From contig NC_083281.1 in NCBI RefSeq assembly GCF_963506605.1, positions 44,082,001 through 44,146,000 of the forward strand: a stretch of 64,000 nucleotides of DNA, read 5' to 3'. The notes under the pieces were generated by a model that was given only the letters and a program-made list of their open reading frames with translations, had not been told where the DNA came from and did not search any database. Within the stretch, counting starts at the first letter, position 1, and each line of letters starts with the position of its first letter. This stretch comes from Zootoca vivipara (taxonomy: Eukaryota). Shown here piece after piece: positions 1 through 11,809 of the stretch. The translations under genes and the position numbers were made by a program.

Positions 1-439
1 GTTCCATTCATGAGCAGTCATCCACAGTGCAAAGTGGAACTACAGGGGGTCCCTGTTAATTGGTTAGCTTCTCCCTGATTGAAGCCTTGTAATGGAGTGG
101 GGAAATCTGGAAGTTCATGGAATAAAAATAGTATTACAGAGCCATGCCTGCCTGTGACAGTTCAGTCTCTTCTCTCTCCACCCCCAAAACTGATTTTGAT
201 ACATAAGGAGGAACAAAGAATGAATCTTACATGACAGGTGGCTGTCCAACTTCTGTTTAAAAATCTCCAGTGAAGGAGAGTCTACCACCTTCCTTTAACA
301 ACTTTTAACTGTTGTGGTGAAGGGATAGGACTTATGTAGGTGGGAGCAGGGGTGGGAGATTACTCCTGCAGTTGCTGCTGCCCACTGTGTGGCTGGGGGT
401 GCCACATAACTGCTGCTGCCCCGTGTTCCTTTTCTGCAG

Positions 440-1739
440 GTCACCTTCCACATACAGCCATATAAAGGGCGTGACGACAACACTCTGCACAGCAACGTGA
501 AATATATCATAGACAAGTAAGTATTCAGAGGCCCAAAGATGACAACAGCCAGAGTCCAAATGACAAGAAAGTGGCCAGTTTGGAAAGCAAATGGTTAAAA
601 AGATAGGTGAGGCCATTCCTACCCTTGAGAGGCTTGCATAGAACAAAGGGCCACTTTTGCCTGTGTGAAACCCAAGAACTCAGCGCTGAAGATGAGCGTT
701 GCTTATTTAATAAATAAAGAGGGTTTAAACTGCAAGTTTTAAATGCTACTTATTGAATTTGTGGCAATCTGCTCTTTTGGTTGGAGAAAAAAGGCCCTCT
801 CATATGAAAACCTAAAAACCTTCAGATATTGATGCAGGCTGGCTGGAAGGGGGAGAAGCTGGCTCTTTGCTCAGTCTTCCTGTCAAAGGACCCCAGTGCC
901 GGAGCTCAGCTTTCACTGGGTATCTGTTGGCAGACAGAGAATCAGAGAAACTGGAAGGGAAGAGGGTATTGATGCAACATTTAGAGCAGGGAAATACCAG
1001 GCAACCTGCCTTCTCTGTTAAGAGCAGGACCAAGTTTCTCTAGGCTGCTTGTGGACTTATAAAGCCAAATGTGGGGCATTAAACAGCCTGTTATCTTGGC
1101 AGGTATGGAACACACGATGCTTTCTACAGATACAAGACCAGCATGGCCCAGAGGCTGCCTTTATTTTATATTTATGACTCGTACCTTACACCACCTGAAG
1201 CATGGGCAAACCTGCTCACCCCTTCCGGCTCCCACTCTCTGCGCAACACCCCCTACGATGCCGTCTTCATCGCCCTGCTGGTGGAGGAGGGGCACAAGCA
1301 TGACATCCTGTCCGCCGGCTACGACGGGCTCTACACCTACTTTGCCTCCAACGGCTTCTCCTACGGCTCCTCCCACCAGAACTGGAAAGCCATCAAGGCC
1401 TTCTGTGACTCCAACAACCTCCTCTTCATCCCCAGCGTGGGCCCTGGTTACATTGACACCAGCATCCGTGCCTGGAACAAACACAACACACGGCACAGGG
1501 TAAACGGCAAGTACTACGAGACGGCCCTGGAGGCCGCCCTCATGGTGCGCCCTGAGATAGTCTCTATCACGTCCTTCAATGAATGGCACGAAGGCACCCA
1601 GATCGAGAAGGCCATACCCAAGAAGACCCTGACCCGGCTCTACTTGGACTACTTGCCCCGCCAGCCGGACATGTACCTGGAACTAACCCGTAGGTGGGCA
1701 GAGCACTACAGCAAAGAGAAAGAGCAGTGGCTCATGTGA
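440..1739 (+). CDS. MANEAL: Glycoprotein endo-alpha-1,2-mannosidase-like (GH99), last two coding exons; 5' part lies outside the window
   Basis: Exons 440-516 (VTFHIQPYKGRDDNTLHSNVKYIIDK) and 1103-1739 (YGTHDAFYRY...SITSFNEWHEGTQIE...EKEQWLM*) with canonical AG/GT sites, joined in phase. Carries the GH99 motif FNEWHEGTQIE and the MANEAL-type C-terminus, and sits tail-to-tail with YRDC as in human. Confidence 0.96.
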
Positions 1740-3206
1740 GCAAGCTGTGAAGGGTTGATTCTCCAGGGCATGAAGAGGCCCAGAGAGAAGCTAGTAGCCA
1801 TTCAGGTGGAGGAAGCTGCTCTCAGAGCTGTAAGTTTCTGGAACCTGGGTGAAGAGGGATGAGCTGTGTTTCATGTTGAAATACCTCTTGAGAGGTTTGC
1901 TATGCTCCTGCAGGGCAGCACACCGATATACAACTGTGCAAAACTCCCCAGATATAGTTGGGCTAGTGCACTTGCAATCCTCCTCACTCCAAGCCCTCAG
2001 CTTTCCTTAAAATAATAAATATCTTTGCCTGTTGCAAGCCAAGAGGACAATTCATTTCAAATCTGAGTTCTGCAGGGGGTGCTAAACTGAACAGCACATC
2101 CCTGTTGCTATTCAGTTCCAGGGATATTTATTCCTTCTCTGCTGCCACTGCTACTTAGACCTCTACCCTGTTGCTGCTCCCAGCAAACATAACCTAATGG
2201 AGCCCTACCCTTATTAAAAAAAAAAAACCTAGACAATTTGTGTGTGCATGAAAGTTCTCAGAAACCACATGCTGTATTATGTCTTTGGAATTCCAATGAT
2301 CAAAAATGCCATAAAACAACAACCTCACTGGTGTTGGCATTTATTCCTTCAAGACAGGCAGCAAGAAGAGAAAAAGTGATGCCCCGGTGACCTAATGGGG
2401 CGTGGAGTTTTGGCGTTTGCTTCCAATGGAGACTGCTCCTTAATATCTTGTTGCAGACTCTACTCCAGCCTATGAATAGTTTGGGGGCTGGGCTGGAAAG
2501 ACGAGCAAGTGTGCTGTTTGGGCCCCTTGCCTGCAGTTCAGGCAAAGTTACTAAGGGAGCTCTACAGTGGTTGCATGGGGAAAATGAGCTAGATTCTCAT
2601 TTTGCCATTAATCCTACACCACTATGATTATCAATACTGCATGTCACCCTCCAATAGGTAATTTCCCCCCAGTCTTAGAATTCCCCCCCCCCCGGCATAC
2701 TAAAAAACATGGAGGCCAACATGCACCAGGTTTCCATTTTAATGATATTGGTCAAAAACGCAGCCTGTTGCTTGCCCATTAGTGGCTGGTCTGGTCTTTG
2801 TTTTCAGTAGAGCTGGGTTCAAGGCAGCTTGGTCCCCCCAGTCACAGGCAAGCTCCACCTACGAGGATCCCTCAAAATGCATCTTCCTGCTTTTCTATAC
2901 ACTCCATGATTGTCAGCTGCACTGTCTTGTTCAAATGCTTCAACCCCTCCAGGCCAAGTGTTCAAGGGATAGAGAGGACAGACTTCCTAAAAGAGAGGGA
3001 TACTTAGGCACAGAACTGTGTGTCCCTCCCTAAATCCAAAAGGAAATGCCAGGAAGGAGAAAATACTTCACCCCCAGCAGGGCCAGATCCTTCTGGAGTC
3101 ACATATGTCAACTGGGAAAGAGGCTCCCTTTGCATCCAAGAAGGGCAGAGTTATACTTTCCAGAACAAGGCTCTTGCAAACAGCTTCCTGATATGCCACA
3201 CACCAT

Positions 3207-6194
3207 TTACTTGCCCAGAGACTGTGTGAGTTTACCACATATAGGCAGCTCAGTTGTCAGGCCATACTTGACTGCCAGGATCTCAACGGTCTGAATAAGT
3301 GCACTGCAGAAAAGAAAAGAAGGAGTAAGATGTTGGGGACAAAATCTGCATTGTTTGCACCTTAATATTCTCGAAGGCTAATTTAGCATCATCTGTTTGG
3401 TAAATGCAAAGTCAAAATAGGAGGTTTGACCCAATTGATAAGGCACTCCACCTGCAGGAGTAAGCAGGTGTGCTTCTGGGAATCATTTGCAGGAGGAGCC
3501 CACCTCCTTTAAGACCACCACCACACACACCCCAAAGACCTTTGTCCTGGGACTAAATAGTTCCATCCTATTCAGAGGAAGACAACTCTGCAGCCTACAA
3601 ATGCCACTCAGGTGGAGAGGAGGCTGTCTGAGGCTTACCATCCTCCCCGGATGATCTTGAACTTTCCAGGAACAGAAAGGTCAATCACGGTAGAGCCTAG
3701 GCGGGACTCTGGTCTATGGATGTCCCCAGTGGGGCCCCCATCAATTATAAGTGACAGGTGAGGCCAGAGCTCTTGGAACTCCTGTAATACAAAAGAAGAA
3801 GAGCATAAGAGCTCAGCAGGCTCCTGAGCCAGTGTGCGCCACAAGATGCTAATAGCCAATAGCCACAGAGAAGAGGGTACCATTAGCTCCTGCTTACACA
3901 CAAAGTGGCTTTACCCTCTGAGGGGAGCAAGCCAATTAGAACAAAATGGAACATAATGCCCTTCCCTGGGGACTTAGAGAGCCACCCAGGCTCACATTAT
4001 CATCCCGTCCTGGAGTTTTCAAGCAGCCCTTACCGTGACTGTGAGGGAGCTCTCCCCCTGACTGATGTTTGCGCTTGTTAAGGCCAGAGGACCAGCACAC
4101 TCCCTGGCCAGCTCCCTGATGAAACAGTGACTGGGGATGCGGACACCAACTAACTGTGACAAAAGCAGGGTGGGGGAGAGGAAGAGATGAATGAGTACCA
4201 CTACTTACTTTTAGCTTTTATGTATATATACTTTTAAAAGGTAGGATATTTATACATGCATGTATATGAAAGCATGCATACATATACAGTATATGCCCCA
4301 CTTTCCACTGCACATACAGCATTCAGGATAGCTTATAGTGAAGTCCAAAACAAGTTAAATTCAGTAAAAAAAACACTAAGAGGGCAGGTGCAGCAAATAA
4401 GACAAGACGTTCACCTACCAAAACACAGGGAAACCCTTAGCACACCAAATTAAATGCCTGCTGGAATAATGATATAAAAGGCTAGGCAACAGAAAGGGGG
4501 ATCAAGACATTTCCTAAGGCACAGGCACAGAGAAAATCCTAACTAGTCAGGCGTCCACTACCACCAGGTCATGAAGAGCATCCCTAGCAGATCTTGTGCG
4601 CAGGTTGGTATGGAGATTTCCCCACTCTGCACTGCGAGAACAACTCGCATACACCCCCGCTCATTTGGATAGGACAGGAAGAAGGAGTCTGTTGCACCTT
4701 TATCCCACCCATCTCAGAATGCAGCCACCCCTCCCAGGCCACATAACTTAGTGAAACTAAAACAGGAAAAGAAGCAGCCATGCTTAGCTTCAGACTTGCA
4801 GTCCTGCAATAGCTTTAAAAAAATAATCACGAGGAAAATAAAAATCTCCATTAATATTCCCAACTAATCAGATTTGCCTTTTAGCCTGGAGTGGAGGAAG
4901 GTCCACTCTGATGTCAACCTAAGAGCACAAGCACAACACCCAACTGGTAAGCACCCTATTGGGAAACTGAGCTCTCCAAAAGGTAAAAGGGTCTCTATAG
5001 AATTTGGACAGATCGTGAAGCTGAGGCTCCAATACTTTGGCCACCTCATGAGAAGAGAAGACTCCCTGGAAAAGACCCTGAGGTTGGGAAAGATTGAGGG
5101 CACTAGGAGAAGGGGACGACAGAGGACGAGATGGTTGGACAGTGTTCTCGAAGCTACGAACATGAGTTTGACCAAAATGTGGGAGGCAGTGGAAGACAGT
5201 GCCTGGTGTGCTCTGGTCCATGGGGTCACGAAGAGTCGGACACGACTAAACGACTAAACAACAACAACATAGAATTTGCTAGCCAAGACTCACTGGGGTG
5301 AAGGGGTTCAAGTCTTTATTGAGGGTGTCCGAGCGCTCCAGAACCAGCGTCACTGGCCCAGGAAGGAGTTCCTGCAGCAGCTTGTCAGGCACGCAGACGT
5401 TGCAGTACCTACAGAAGGGGAAGGAGAAGAAAGTATGCACAAGGTGAGCCCATCCCGTGTCACGCAGCCAAAGGCAAGCAGCAAAACAAAGGGGTGGGCT
5501 GCCAGACTAATACTTAACTGGAGGCGCTCGTTATTTACTCTGAAGGAAATAAAATCAGCGCTTGTGTTTTTTAACTTAAAAAGCCGCTGGAAATAAAAAG
5601 ATTCATCAGCTGATACACCTTAATGCCAAAAGGTGTGGGGGCCTTGCCTAGGTTTCTGCCTTCCTGGAAGGGGCAGAAGCGATCGGGGGCCCTATCCACC
5701 GACTTCCCTGCTTCGCCAAAGGAAGGAGGAGGAGAGGCGGAGGGAGGGCCACCCCCCTCAATTGCAAGCCCCCCACCTCCTTCGCCGACCCCGCCGCACC
5801 TGTAGACGTGCTCGACGTCGGCGAGACAGATAGCGAGGGGCTTACTGGCGGCGCGGCCCTTCAGGCGGTAAACGGCTCCCAGCGCCCGCGAGTCCTGCGC
5901 CAGGCAGGCCACGCCGTAGACCGTGTCGGTGGGCAGCGCCACCAGGCCGCCCTCGCGCAGCGCGGACGCTGCCGCCAACAGCGCCGACTGACGGTCCGGC
6001 CCGGAAGCCGGCAGAGGCATCGGCAGGGGGACCCTCGCCATGTCCGGCAGCCCAGGAGAGGAAGGTGCGCCCTCCTCAGAAGGAGCAGCAGCCCCGCCGC
6101 CGCCGCGCCAAGGTCTGACCGGGAAGGACGAGGAGGAGGAGCAGCACCAGCAACGCCGGAGCCTCAGACCGAGCAGGAGAGGCGCTCTGTACAT
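3207..6194 (-). CDS. YRDC: Threonylcarbamoyl-AMP synthase (Sua5/YrdC/TsaC), 5 exons, ~289 aa
   Basis: Exons 6194-5800, 5408-5294, 4153-4034, 3781-3639, 3303-3207 (870 nt, frame-continuous, all GT-AG). Motifs VALPTDTVYG, LKGR..KPL, LLPGPVTLVL, VGVRIP, PLALTSAN, GSTVIDLS. Confidence 0.96.
5011..5268 (+). mobile_element. BovB (RTE clade) LINE, 5'-truncated 3' fragment, in YRDC intron 2
   Basis: Encodes KLRLQYFGHLMRREDSLEKTLRLGKIEGTRRRGRQRTRWLD, ends in ACGACTAAAC(AAC)n, and is flanked by the direct repeat ATAGAATTTG (4997-5006 / 5269-5278). Confidence 0.9.
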
Positions 6195-6760
6195 GCGCAG
6201 AAGGAAGGGCGGCGGCGGACCCTCTCCGCCCAGCGGCTCAGCCAGTCAAGCGAACACGACGACGCTCGCCGCTTCGCCGATCCCCTCCATTCGCCTGGCG
6301 CTGCTGTCCCGCACGGGGACCATGGCCATGACGCAACTTTTGCACCGCGCCGGCTTTCGGGGCGGAAGGACTTGCGCCGCCTTCCAGGACAAAGCCAAGA
6401 GAGGCGATAGCCCTAGAGAGTCCCGGGCAAGCACTGCTTCCGCTCCTTACAGGAAGTTTAGGCTCCCGGACGCCAATTGCAGATCATAGGTGTGTGAAGT
6501 GGTAGAGTGATCTCGCCTCGGCTTTCCCATGGGGCGGAGTCCGCCTATGTGTCTCGTTGCCCGATGCGTGCTAAGGGGCTCGCCACTTTGCGGCTGCGCA
6601 GTTGCTTTCTTCTCCTGCTAGCCTGGTGAAGCTCCGAGAACCGGACCGAGTTGGGGGGCGGCGGAGGCACGACCCCTCCACACGCGTCATCCTGGACAGA
6701 GGGGGTGGGGGGACGTGGAACCGTCTGAGACACACCCGCGCCCCAAGCGGCCGTTGTAAT
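5690..6760. promoter_or_regulatory. CpG island / YRDC promoter
   Basis: Dense CpG and GC content across YRDC exon 1 and upstream; GC box GGGGCGGAG at ~6531. Confidence 0.8.
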
Positions 6761-7679
6761 TAGTAACATAATAGTTGCTATAAATAAGAGGAGGAGGATG
6801 CTCGGTCGCAGCCTAACACCCCAACATTTGCAGTTGTGATTAACTATTATTATTAGTAGGTGCTAAGAATATAAGTACTATTGTTATTAATATTAATAGT
6901 TATTAATATAATCATAAGTGTCCAAAGGAGAGAGCAGCCAAGCACCTTCCATAAACAAGCAGCAACGGAGGCAGCTGAGAGAAGCGTTTGCCCCCTTGGG
7001 CTCATCCTAGTGCTTGGGCAAAGCGTCCCCCCCCTCAGTTTCACCCAGGTTCCTCCTAAGCACTAGTCAACCAGGAGGGAGAGGGAGCATTCTCTAATTG
7101 GGGCGCCACGCCACCACAGAGAAGGCTCCACCCTGTCTCATCGACTGATTAGGTTTGCCTTCGCAGGACACAGTGAAAATTAAGAGCCCATCTAGTCCGG
7201 CATCCTCTTCTCACAATGGCCAGCCAGGTGCCTGTGGAAGAAGCCCTCTACAATACATTACAGTAGCCCAGTCAGCAGCTTTCCAGGGCATGGGGCATTG
7301 TGGATGCACTAACCCTGTCCACAAACTAAAGATGGAATGCCTCACTTGGGGCAATGTCACTCTTCTTCAGCTAATTATTGAATTAAATCCCCAGCTACCA
7401 CTTCCTCCTAGCTCAGGCAGAATGGAGCACTGCATTCTTGCCTTCTCCAGTAGATTGAAACACAAGTAGCTGCATTATTCCAAGTCATACTTTTGGTCCA
7501 TTTAGCTCAATATTGTCTAAGTGGGTCTTCGGAATCTCAGGGAAGCCTTTACTTAACTTCACCTGAAAATACCAGAAATCGAACACCAGGGACCTTCTGC
7601 ATACCCACTGCATGGGTGTCACTAAGCTAACACCCATTGAAAATAATTCCCATCACCTCCAGAAATGATTCCTCCAAAG

Positions 7680-8698
7680 GCACCAGATTTAAATAAGCAT
7701 TTAATTAGGATCCCAGTGGTATTAATATTGCTTTCAATTAAAAAATTAATTTCCACTTCCTTGCAGGTATTTCAAAGTACAATATTAATTTATACAAAAT
7801 GGAGCAGTTAAGCAAACACGGTTATTTCACATTTTACATTCTTCAAAAATACAAATTCATGTTTATGCTTCTGGGGTTTTGGAGAGGCTCTTCCTTTGGA
7901 AGTACTGTACCTGTAACATCTTCACATCACTCAATGCAAGGACATTTGTTCCCATGTTTCAGTTAAGTTAAATTTGTTTAAACACAAAACACATACTCCT
8001 GAGAGAACCTGGCAACTTCAAATGATCTCCGCTTCACTCCTTGCATAGCTCTGGAGTGGAGCCATAGCAATGCCATGTGTTGTTGTGGAGGAAATCCAGG
8101 CTAGGAGGGGAGACCCAGAAAGGCACTTTGCAAAAGTTACCCGAGAGCCTTTGGGGGCCTCCAATTACATCGCTCTAGGGCACAAGCCCACACCACATGT
8201 GGGAAGGTGGCAGTTATGGGAAAGGGGCTTGAAATTCCCCCTTGTGCAAGGTTCCCCCCCCCCCCGCCCACACACCTCTATCTCACACATGCAGTGTTAC
8301 AGATGGTGACGTCTCCCCCTACCCGCAATGACTGGGAAAGAGGCAGCCTAAACCCTCTCTCAGGTACCCCAGGAACCTTAACTTCTGTCTCCGCCAGAAT
8401 GAATAGCAGCTCCTTCCCATTTCCCCACAAAAAAAGAGCATTTGGAAAGACGCAACACTGCAGAGCAAAGGAATGAGCCATTTCTATTAACAGATTGCAG
8501 AAGAAGAAAAATTAAAATATCTCCCTGGGCTTTACCAGTGAAGTTCATATGAGGGGAACAAAAAGCCAAAACACCCATTTGTTAAGGAAAGTAGAAACTG
8601 CATTTCCTTGAAAGTGTCCACTGCATAGAAACCATTTTTGGCCAGCATGCATACGACGAAGAAGACAGTGTGGGCTACACACTGTTTCCATAGACAGA

Positions 8699-8738
<40 letters not shown>

Positions 8739-11700
8739 ACATAAATATCCAGTTTCCTTGGCATATCTCAGTGCAGAACCAGAGTCCAAACCTCCAAATG
8801 AAACAATGTAAGATGCAAAAAGTTGAAAGGTCAGCCCTCAACCCAGCTGCACTGGATGCTTATTTAAACAACAAAAACCCAAAACCGGAGACACAATTTC
8901 TAAAAGACATAAAGGAGAAATAATACTCTGATAAAAAAGAAAGAAAAATCCAGAGTGTGTAAGGTTAAAGAGAACAAGCTTTTCCTTTTGTGGTTTTGCA
9001 GAGGGTAGCTAGCAGGCAATGCAGCTGCCTCCTTCTGTGTCTTATTTCTCAATAGTAGGTTTTCTCGTTGGCACCTTTAGCATTTTGAATAGCTCACTTC
9101 TGCAGATCAATCACTAGCAATGTGCTTGGAGAAGGTGCCAGAGGAAAATACCAATCCTTTTTGGGAAATGAAGGGTTTTTCCAGTTCTGCAGTAGAGACC
9201 CTTGCAGTGCAGTAAGGCAGGAATGTGACATCCACCCTAGAAGGTGCTACATGCCAATGTAAGGACGGCTTGCATCTGCCTCCCTGCCCTCCACTTCCCT
9301 CTCTGGGGCATTCAGAAGACGAGGATGGCAGCTGCGACCCAATGAATGTATCCAACTATAACTAAAGTCACCTCGGAATGAGTGAGTGACCCAACCTGAT
9401 TCCATTCAGTTCAGGCTCCTAGTGGAAGTTTTGCATAGACTGGACATTTGCTTAAAACATGCATAAGTCTGAAGGGGGCAGAGCACACAGCTTAGCCAGT
9501 TCCCACATCAATTCTGTTAATCTCACACGCACGCACATGGACACGCATTGGACGCACACATAACGAGCGTACGAGGACGCCACGCCTAGCTACACATATT
9601 GCACGGAGGTTAAGTGCTCTTTTTGCGTAACCACATTTAACTTTTACTCAGAGGGGGTAAAGGGGGGAAGAACTGTAATAACTTTGTGAAAAGTTATTTA
9701 CAAAAGAAAATTGCAGCAGTCGGTTTAAAGAGAACTAAAGTGCATTTTAGAGCCCAGCATGTTAGTGTCATTGGAGGAGCCCCAGCAAAATGTTTCCTTC
9801 TCTAGACTCCAGCAGTACCGTAGCAGCAGCTTCCAGCAAATGCAGCAGACTCCACCCCCAGTAGGGTCTCTATAGGGGTCAGAAATAAGTCCTCAGTTGC
9901 TCCCTGGTTCCTTCGCCTGACCAAGCCACCCAACCCTGAGCCTCCCTGTAGGCCTGGAAGCCACAGAGGGTCAACAGCCCAGGGGTTGAGCTGTGCAAAG
10001 CCCAGTTCTTGACTGCCCAGCCTGGCACCCTCCCCACGCCTGAATATGGGGTACCTCGGGCTCTGCAACCCTCATCAGCACAGGAAGAGGAGGGGAGGGA
10101 TTCAAAAGTCTCCGGTCTGTATGGTCAATTTAAGAACAACAACAACAACAACAACACAATAAATAAATAAAGGAACAGAACCCCAAGGGCTGTCCTGTTC
10201 TCCACCACCGTGTGCAGCCCTCCCAGAGACACCCAAGCAGGGCAGCAGTGCCAGACCAAGTCTGCCTAAAGCGGCCTGCAAGACAGGACAGGCTGCTGTC
10301 ACAGGCAGCTCTCCAGGCTCTGCTCACCCAAGTCCCCAGCTGTTTGCTAAAGTGAGAAGCCCTGCAAAGAGTACCAAGTCCCGCCACACCTGGAGCTCTA
10401 GGACAAGCAGTCTCCTACGCCCTATGGCCAAGAGGCAGCAGGCCAACCAACTGTTGCAGCCAAAAGATCTCCAGCCCAAGGACAGTCTCTGCCCTGCTAC
10501 TGCCTAGGGGATGCTTGAGAGCAGATGATCCTTCTGTTACCCATCAACACACCTAAGCCTACCCTTGAGACTGGGTGGCCAGGTGGGCTGCTCACACACC
10601 TTCAACAGTTGTGGAGAAGAGGGGATTTCAGCAGAGGTAGCTTGTCACTGAAGCTAGACAAACACACACTCAAGTCCCTTCTTCTCTGCAACTCCTGTTG
10701 GTGTTCCTGTCCAGCCTGCCATCACCCCGCAGCCATTGTCTACCAGGCAAATATTCCGCCTACATGATGAATGAAGTCTCGCTTAGAACCCAAGGAGGCT
10801 GGCTACCAAACTGAAGAACACTATGAATGGCACCTATTTTTAAAAAGTAACAATGGCATATAAATAAAACATTTCCGAGGCGACTTAATGAAACCTTAGA
10901 AGCTTTTGGAGAGGGAGGGGCAGTCCGTGTTAGGATTTTACCCTGAGTTAGTTAGAAGAAAGGATGCCCCTTCCAATGCACAGGTTGTGGGCAGGACTGG
11001 GAAGGCTGAACAGCGAAGAGGAAACCTTGGGGGGCGGGACCGGAGGGTTGGGAGGACTGGCCAGCTTAGCACCAGCACTTTCATGACATGACGTAGCCAT
11101 GAGACATTCAGGGCATGGGCTTTGCCAGAACTAGCTGGGTGGGTCCTAAGTGGCAGAAGCAGCCCCCTCCCCGGCTAGCCGAGTCTTCTACAGGCACCTC
11201 TGCCAATCCACCTTTGCAAAGGCCTGACAAGCTTCCACAGGGGCCTTTTCAGCCCCAGAAGCTGCTGTGCTGGGTGACTGTTTCTGATCAAGCTGCCAAC
11301 AGTGCAAATCCTCTCAGCCCCTGAACTTGTGCAAACCCCCAAGCAGCCCACCCGGAGAGAGGCAGCAGCACTTGCCCTTCCAAGCAGGTAATCTGTCAAA
11401 AGATGTGGGAACCACAGGGCCCCTACTCTGGAGCAAGCTGACTGAGTTAAATGTGCAAATTCTGGAGAGATGATGAAGATGATGATGATGATGTGCCTGG
11501 CCTGCATTTCAGCACTTGAGTCTCCACGCCCACTACTTTGCCAAAGTGCAGCTGCCTCTACAGCAAGAGATCGCCTCGCAGTCTTGCTCCTCCCTCACAA
11601 ACATTTCTTCTCTCTCCCCCTCCCCCCATAATAGTGCACACTTAGTAGTAAAGGCACCCCCAAGGAGCTGTAACAAGAACCTCCCGTGCCCCTGGCAAGG

Positions 11701-11809
11701 TGCAACCAGAGAGCAGCCAGCCCTCAAAACTCGCTCAGAGTGACTCTGATGCTTGGGTTCATGTCACAACGAGCCAACGTAATAAAGAGACAGGACTGCC
11801 TTCGCCTTT
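7680..11809 (-). other. MTF1: MTF1 long 3'UTR with a distal ATTAAA poly(A) signal at 7700-7705 (minus strand)
   Basis: Follows the MTF1 stop at 11810, is poor in transposons, has an AU-rich 3' end and several miRNA 8mer seed matches. The 3' end is inferred from the hexamer only. Confidence 0.6.
8703..8734. repeat. (CA)n microsatellite
   Basis: Perfect dinucleotide run seen in the sequence. Confidence 0.95.
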
